NCBI GenBank assembly: GCA_951406725.2
Contig: OX597833.1
Span: 32,798,001-32,862,000 of the forward strand
Source of the DNA: Octopus vulgaris
Taxonomy: Eukaryota
Length of the DNA stretch: 64,000 bases
Direction of reading: 5' to 3'
The notes under the pieces were generated by a model, which searched no databases, had not been told where the DNA came from, and saw nothing but the letters and a program-made list of their open reading frames with translations. Of this stretch, positions 58,461-64,000 are shown piece by piece; within the stretch, counting starts at the first letter, position 1, and each line of letters begins with the position of its first letter. Position numbers and translations under genes: made by a program.

Positions 58461-60316
58461 ATTAATGTTTGTATGAGCAGTAGTAGTTATAGACACGTTA
58501 AAAATTTATTTCCTTTGTTTTTTCTTTTTTGAGTTAAATCTATAAAAACCCTTCATCACATTTTTTGAACAATAAGCTTCTTGCATATGTAGAGCTTCAA
58601 ACAAAAAGTTTGCATATAATATATTTTCTATGTTTACCAACCGAATCAGGTTTTAATTTCTTAATTTCCTTAGTTTGTGTTTTCTGAACTGGAATTTATT
58701 CACAACGATTTCGATTCTGTTACTATATAATTTCAAACAAAGTTACTACTTGAAATATCAACTCATGTTTTGGGCTTGTTGAAGCTTCATTTATTCTTGT
58801 TCTTCAATTCGATCTTTCTTCCTCTCAATGCTTGGTCTTTCGCAAACAAATAATTACAGTATAATATATTGGAGAGAGTAAGTCGATTACATCTACCCCA
58901 CTAGTCAGTTGGCATTTATCTTATCGATCCCGAAAGAATGAAAGGCAAAGTCGATCTCGGTGGAATTTGAACTCAGAACGTAAAGATAGACGAAGTGCAA
59001 GATACCGGAATTTCCAAGGAAACCTGAGTTAAAAAAGAATAATGATGATGACGATGATGATGATGATAATGAAACATTTTTCGTCTCTAAAAAGGGAGGA
59101 ACGCGCTCAACAAATTGTAACACATGTCAGACATTTGAATATTTTATCATATTTCTCCACAGGTACAACTGATTATGTAAATTGCAAAAAAATGGTAGTT
59201 GCTTTACAAGCAAGTATAAATTCAGACATGATTAAAAAAAAAGAAAGAAATGGAAACAATAAAAAAAAATTTGTCCAAGATAGAGACAGCCATCTTGGGC
59301 ATATCAAAGAATTTCGTACAAATATTCAGAGTGCCGCGACAACAGAATTCAAATGCCGCTCCAAAAGCTTCGACTATCACCAGAACTACATATCTAGAGA
59401 AGAATATTTCAGACACTATCATCCATCGTTAAGCAAATATACTGCTCCCTACTACCTACCCTTATCTTCATTTTGAAAAGATACTAAAAATGTTGATAAG
59501 ATCTTAGCCGAAGAGATATATAAAAGCTTTGCTTCTGCCTCCTGTATACCCCACTACCTCTTTTACCATAGACACCAGAGAAAAACTCTCTACCCTTGTA
59601 GACCGAATGAAGGTGGCGGGAGGCGTTCACGATGGATTTGTCTAACAACCAGATCTGTCCGATACATAGGTATGGCTGGGTAACATAATCCTACAAGTCA
59701 GTAATATTCAGACATGGAAACTGGATATTGCTGACTTGAACAGTTATATCAAGAATAGAAACGATCTCTTGATCAATCAGATCCGCTTGACGATCTCTAA
59801 AATAATTAGACAAACTAGCAAAGTATAAAGAACTGAAAGTAAAAACAGGGAAAGAAAATGGTACTTGTAATATATGAGATAACTTCACCATTATATCATG
59901 TAAAGTTGTTCGAACAGTCACAACCAAATCATCAGTACTCGCGCATACACATAATATGAAGGGACATTAGAAGGACAGTTTACAATTTGTGTGAGGTTAA
60001 CATAAAACGATGAGGGGAGGAAAAGAAAGGAAGGAAACGGGATTAAAAGAATGCGTAGCCAACAAAATTTGTGAACACGTGAATGATGCAGTCATATTTA
60101 CAGATAAGGATCCCCAGAAATAAAGGATACTTTGATCTCCTAAAACACCAGCCTTCGCCCAGCTGTTGTTCCCGACATACAGTGGAATACTTAAAGTAAT
60201 TCCATTCGCCTTAACCATTTTTGTCACAATCAACCAACTTTTGACAAATTTACTAGCACTTTCCTTACCAAGATAATAATAATAATAATAATCATAATGA
60301 TAATACTCAACTACCA

Positions 60317-60500
60317 ATATGGCTGAAAAACATCGGTACAGGTGTGAAGGTAGAACACCTACGAAAATTAACATTGCTTGGAACTTCAAGAATTCTTCGC
60401 AGAGTTCTTGAAGCATGACCAGTAAAATAAGTGTCACCTTAGTCTGCTGGCTGTGGACAGCTGACACTTTTCATAACATCCAGCAATATAAGCTTTGAGT
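60317..60500 (+). mobile_element. 3' end fragment of an R4/Dong-like LINE
   Basis: WLKNIGTGVKVEHLRKLTLLGTSRILRRVLEA* followed by a short 3' UTR, next to a degenerate TAA run. Confidence 0.65.
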
Positions 60501-60794
60501 TTTAATACATCAGCACCAATCACTCATAAAATAGAAGGTAACGTCTAAGACGGCAGACCTATGTAAATTAGCTAGTAAACTTTCTTTCAGTACCGTACAC
60601 GCATATATGTATACAAACGTTTACACACAAACATACATACCTATATGTTCGCATACATGCACACAAACACACACATATGAACATTAATACACACACACAT
60701 GAAATCCATAAACAGTGCTTGAAGGATTGCTTTAAGATATATAGCGTATGCTGTTCAACATAAAACAGTTAGTAGCTTTTTCGAGTGTGTATTT

Positions 60795-60851
<57 letters not shown>

Positions 60852-61309
60852 GGTGCCCCAGCATGGCCGCGGCCTTCAGGCTATAACATTTTTTAGGATT
60901 TAAGGATTTATATATATAAGGCAGGATGTGTGTGTGTGTATGTACGTGATTGTAGTTTATGCACATCCACAAATTAGCACGCATGTCGCTCAAATTTTAG
61001 GAGGACATTCGTCACAATCCTAGCTGTATTTTCGTCAAATTATTTTCCCCCGAGGCATCCGCGATTAGCAGTAAATACTTTTGAGCCATAACTTCAATTT
61101 TCATGGTGGAGAAATCCACTGTAGTGGCGTCATTATTATTTACAAAACATGAGTTAAGTCCCCTTCTAGCGACGGTGTTAAGAGAGGGAGGGAGAGGGAG
61201 AGAGAGAGAGATAACAGATTTAAAAAATTTCTTTTTAGTGAGTGATTGACAGACAAAAACAGACAGACAGGTGTTGTTATGTATGTATGTATGTGTGAAT
61301 GGCTTCAGT

Positions 61310-61340
<31 letters not shown>

Positions 61341-61387
61341 GAGCATTTATGCGTACAAAACAGATGCATGCAATGTGCGTGTTGACC

Positions 61388-61437
<50 letters not shown>

Positions 61438-61450
61438 TCTTTTTTTTTTT

Positions 61451-61852
61451 TACTCTTTTTACTTGTTTCAGTCATTTGACTGCGGCCATGCTGGAGCACC
61501 GCCTTTAGTCGAGCAAATCGACCCCGGGACTTATTCTTTGTAAGCCCAGTACTTATTCTATCGGTCTCTTTTGCCGAACCGCTAAGTGACGGGGACGTAA
61601 ACACACCAGCATCGGTTGTCAAGCAATGCTAGGGGAACAAACATAGACACACAAACATATTCACACACACTTATATATATATACATATATGCGACAGGCT
61701 TCTTTCAGTTTCCGTCTACCAAATCCACTCACAAGGCATTGGTCGGCCCGGGGCTATAGCAGAAGACACTTGCCCAAGATGCCACGCAGTGGGACTGAAC
61801 CCGGAACCATGTGGTTGGTTAGCAAGCTACTTACCAAACAGCCACTCCTGCG

Positions 61853-61854
<2 letters not shown>
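61451..61854 (-). mobile_element. SINE family A, young full copy
   Basis: Reverse complement of ggcgcaggagtggctg...gaaacaagtaaaaagagta, inserted in (TA)n. Confidence 0.9.
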
Positions 61855-61899
<45 letters not shown>

Positions 61900-61911
<12 letters not shown>

Positions 61912-62285
61912 CTGAAGTTGTTTGTGTATGGCAGGTTTGGTAGCCTTCAACTAACGAGACCCTGCGGCGCAAGTTGACCAAACTTGAGAGTATGATAGAA
62001 GAAGGCTTGCTCTTTTTTTCGTAGAAGGCAAAATGTAAATCGGACCATGTTAACACCAAAAATTATTTACATCAAAAAGGTGATTTTTTTCTATGAAAAT
62101 CCATATTTTTTACAATCTTTTGACTGCTGTTTCGCCATTTTTCGGTGTATTTCAACCAGAAAAATGTTCACTTAAAGAGAATAACAAGCTACATAATGCT
62201 TTTTACTTTTCAAAATTTTTACTCTCCAAAAATTCCAATTCTAAAGGGTCGAAACAAACCCGAGCAACGCCGGTGATACTGCTAG
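61900..62285 (+). mobile_element. Non-autonomous Helitron-like element
   Basis: Ends acaaacccgagcaacgccggtgatactgCTAG|T, the same 3' hairpin and terminus as 21512-21849. Confidence 0.75.
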
Positions 62286-62493
62286 TTCACTATCAATACA
62301 CAACGTGTATTTATAGTGAATGTATAATGAAATGTGGAAATTGACGATTTAAAGTCTGTTCTCAGCATATTGGCATATAAATAATTTTTCTTTTGCCCTT
62401 ATTTATAAGTTGTTTATAATTTTAACATTTAAAGATATTTTAATATGCTGCCAGTTTTGATGAAGTTTTTTCTGAAAAAAATTTATCCTAAAT

Positions 62494-62543
<50 letters not shown>

Positions 62544-62922
62544 TATATATATATATATATCATTTGTAGAAATACATAAATCCAGAGGAGAAGCACACTC
62601 TAAGATATAAAGGCCGGTTTATGGGGTCATCCAATGTTTCTCGCTCATAAGGGGTTTAGCCTTATAGTTCAGGTCAGCAGTGTTTCAGGTCTGAAGATAC
62701 ACCGTAAAGCTAAACCCCTTACGAGTGAGAAACCGGCCTACCCTACTATGATATATATATATTTATATTTATATATATATATGTGTGTATTCCTTGGTAG
62801 ACACCATCCCTTCATGAGGCTAACATAGCCTCTATCTGAATTCTCTCTCTCTCTCTCTTTCTTCTCCATTTTCTTTTATAGACTTTTCATTATATATATA
62901 TATATCTTTATATATATATATA

Positions 62923-63180
62923 TCTTTATATATATAAAACTGAGAATGTGTGTCTGTCTGTGTGTTTCCCTAAAACTTGAGAACTACACAATCAATTTCA
63001 TTCAAATTTTACACATGCCTTACTTAGGGTCCATGTAGTTTTATGGGGGAAAAAATGTTCAACTTCTTGCCGAGAGCGAGCCCATAGCAATATCATATCT
63101 TCTCCACTATTTCAGTATTACGTGATAAAAGTGAAACAAAAATATTTCTCTATTTTATGTCAGATGCTTTCACTTTAACA
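62923..63180 (+). mobile_element. Helitron-like 5' portion
   Basis: A|TCTTTATATATATAAAACTGAGAATGTGTGTCTGTCTG, similar to the 5' end of the 21849 element. No 3' end is seen. Confidence 0.5.
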
Positions 63181-63589
63181 ATAAAAATAATAATAACAAT
63201 TGAATTATATGTAGTAAGTAATAATTAAAATCAAACTAAAGTATAATATAATCGTAACATAACAAAAGTAGAAATAACAATTGGTATAAAATCGCATCAA
63301 TGATTTGAACTTGAATAAGTGGTTTCACATGAATGGGAATAAATAAAATATAAAATTAGCGTACAGAAATGGAATAGTCCAGATGGATAATAAAAAATTA
63401 AATTAAAGAAAAGACTATTGTCTATAAAGTATACAATGTAGAGAAAAAAGAAGAGCTAACATTCCAGTCTTCATCGCGTGTGTTAAGTAATTGTTAGTTT
63501 TGCATATAGAAATTGAAATTTGAATCGCGCGAGGCATTTGCCGCTGCGCGTTAGAAACTTTTTGTAGAAAGTGCGCCGACCCTCAAGTC

Positions 63590-64000
63590 ATGGAGACTTA
63601 CGCGGGGGTCGCCGCAATGAAAAGCGATACGCCGCTGACAGTAAGAGAGGTGTTCTTTAAAAAAGAACAGCTAGAGGAATTTGAGAAATTCATTGAAAGG
63701 GAGGGTGACAGAGTGAAGCTGGTCCCCCCTGTTGAAGCAAAGGCGGAAAAAGAGGACAAAACTAGAATCTATAGGACACAGGACACGACCACAAGAAAGC
63801 TATCGAGAATAGCGATAGAAGACATAGAAACATGCCTGGACGGCGTTATAAAAAAGGCTACCTTTGTATGCAGAGGCAGGAAATATGGTACGGTGGAGGT
63901 GAGGTACGCAACAAAAGAAGTTGTGGCCTCACTAGCTACCACCGTACTCAGAGGCGAAAACTTCGTCATGTGGCCTACCTACAAGGGGAAAAGAGGGGTG
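63590..64000 (+). mobile_element. Start of a probable LINE ORF1 (L1/Tx1-like), open to the window end
   Basis: ATG 63590 METYAGVAAMKSD...RGRKYGTVEVRY...MWPTYKGKRGV; 137 codons with no stop, and an abrupt rise in GC and purine content from ~63530. Confidence 0.55.

Noticed and set aside
59042-59476. 144-aa ORF
   Set aside because: Starts in a (GAT)n repeat and has no splice or domain support. An overlapping frame looks like a decayed retroelement N-terminus, too weak to call.

Overview
AT-rich, microsatellite-saturated animal genomic DNA, most likely an octopus (inferred from the SINE families and the (TA)n/(TAGA)n/(TAA)n density). One real host gene is present: a + strand Rh-family (Rh50) ammonium transporter with 9 coding exons (16701-51821). 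They splice in frame at GT-AG sites into a 465-aa protein with an intact twin-His pore. The rest is mobile DNA: decayed R4/Dong-type LINEs beside (TAA)n, several Penelope-like elements (PLEs) with inverted ends, a mariner nested in a SINE, tRNA-derived SINEs, Helitron-like and TIR non-autonomous elements, a full-length U6 pseudogene fused to a SINE, and a LINE ORF1 at the right edge. The main hidden signal is about 15 minimal hammerhead-ribozyme motifs from unrelated repeat families. They include a ~560-bp tandem unit with one hammerhead per unit (retrozyme-like) and one sense-strand, core-intact hammerhead inside Rh intron 3. A separate multi-hairpin RNA module with apparent compensatory changes is shared by several of these families and is unexplained. 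Almost all entries in the supplied ORF track are microsatellite artefacts.
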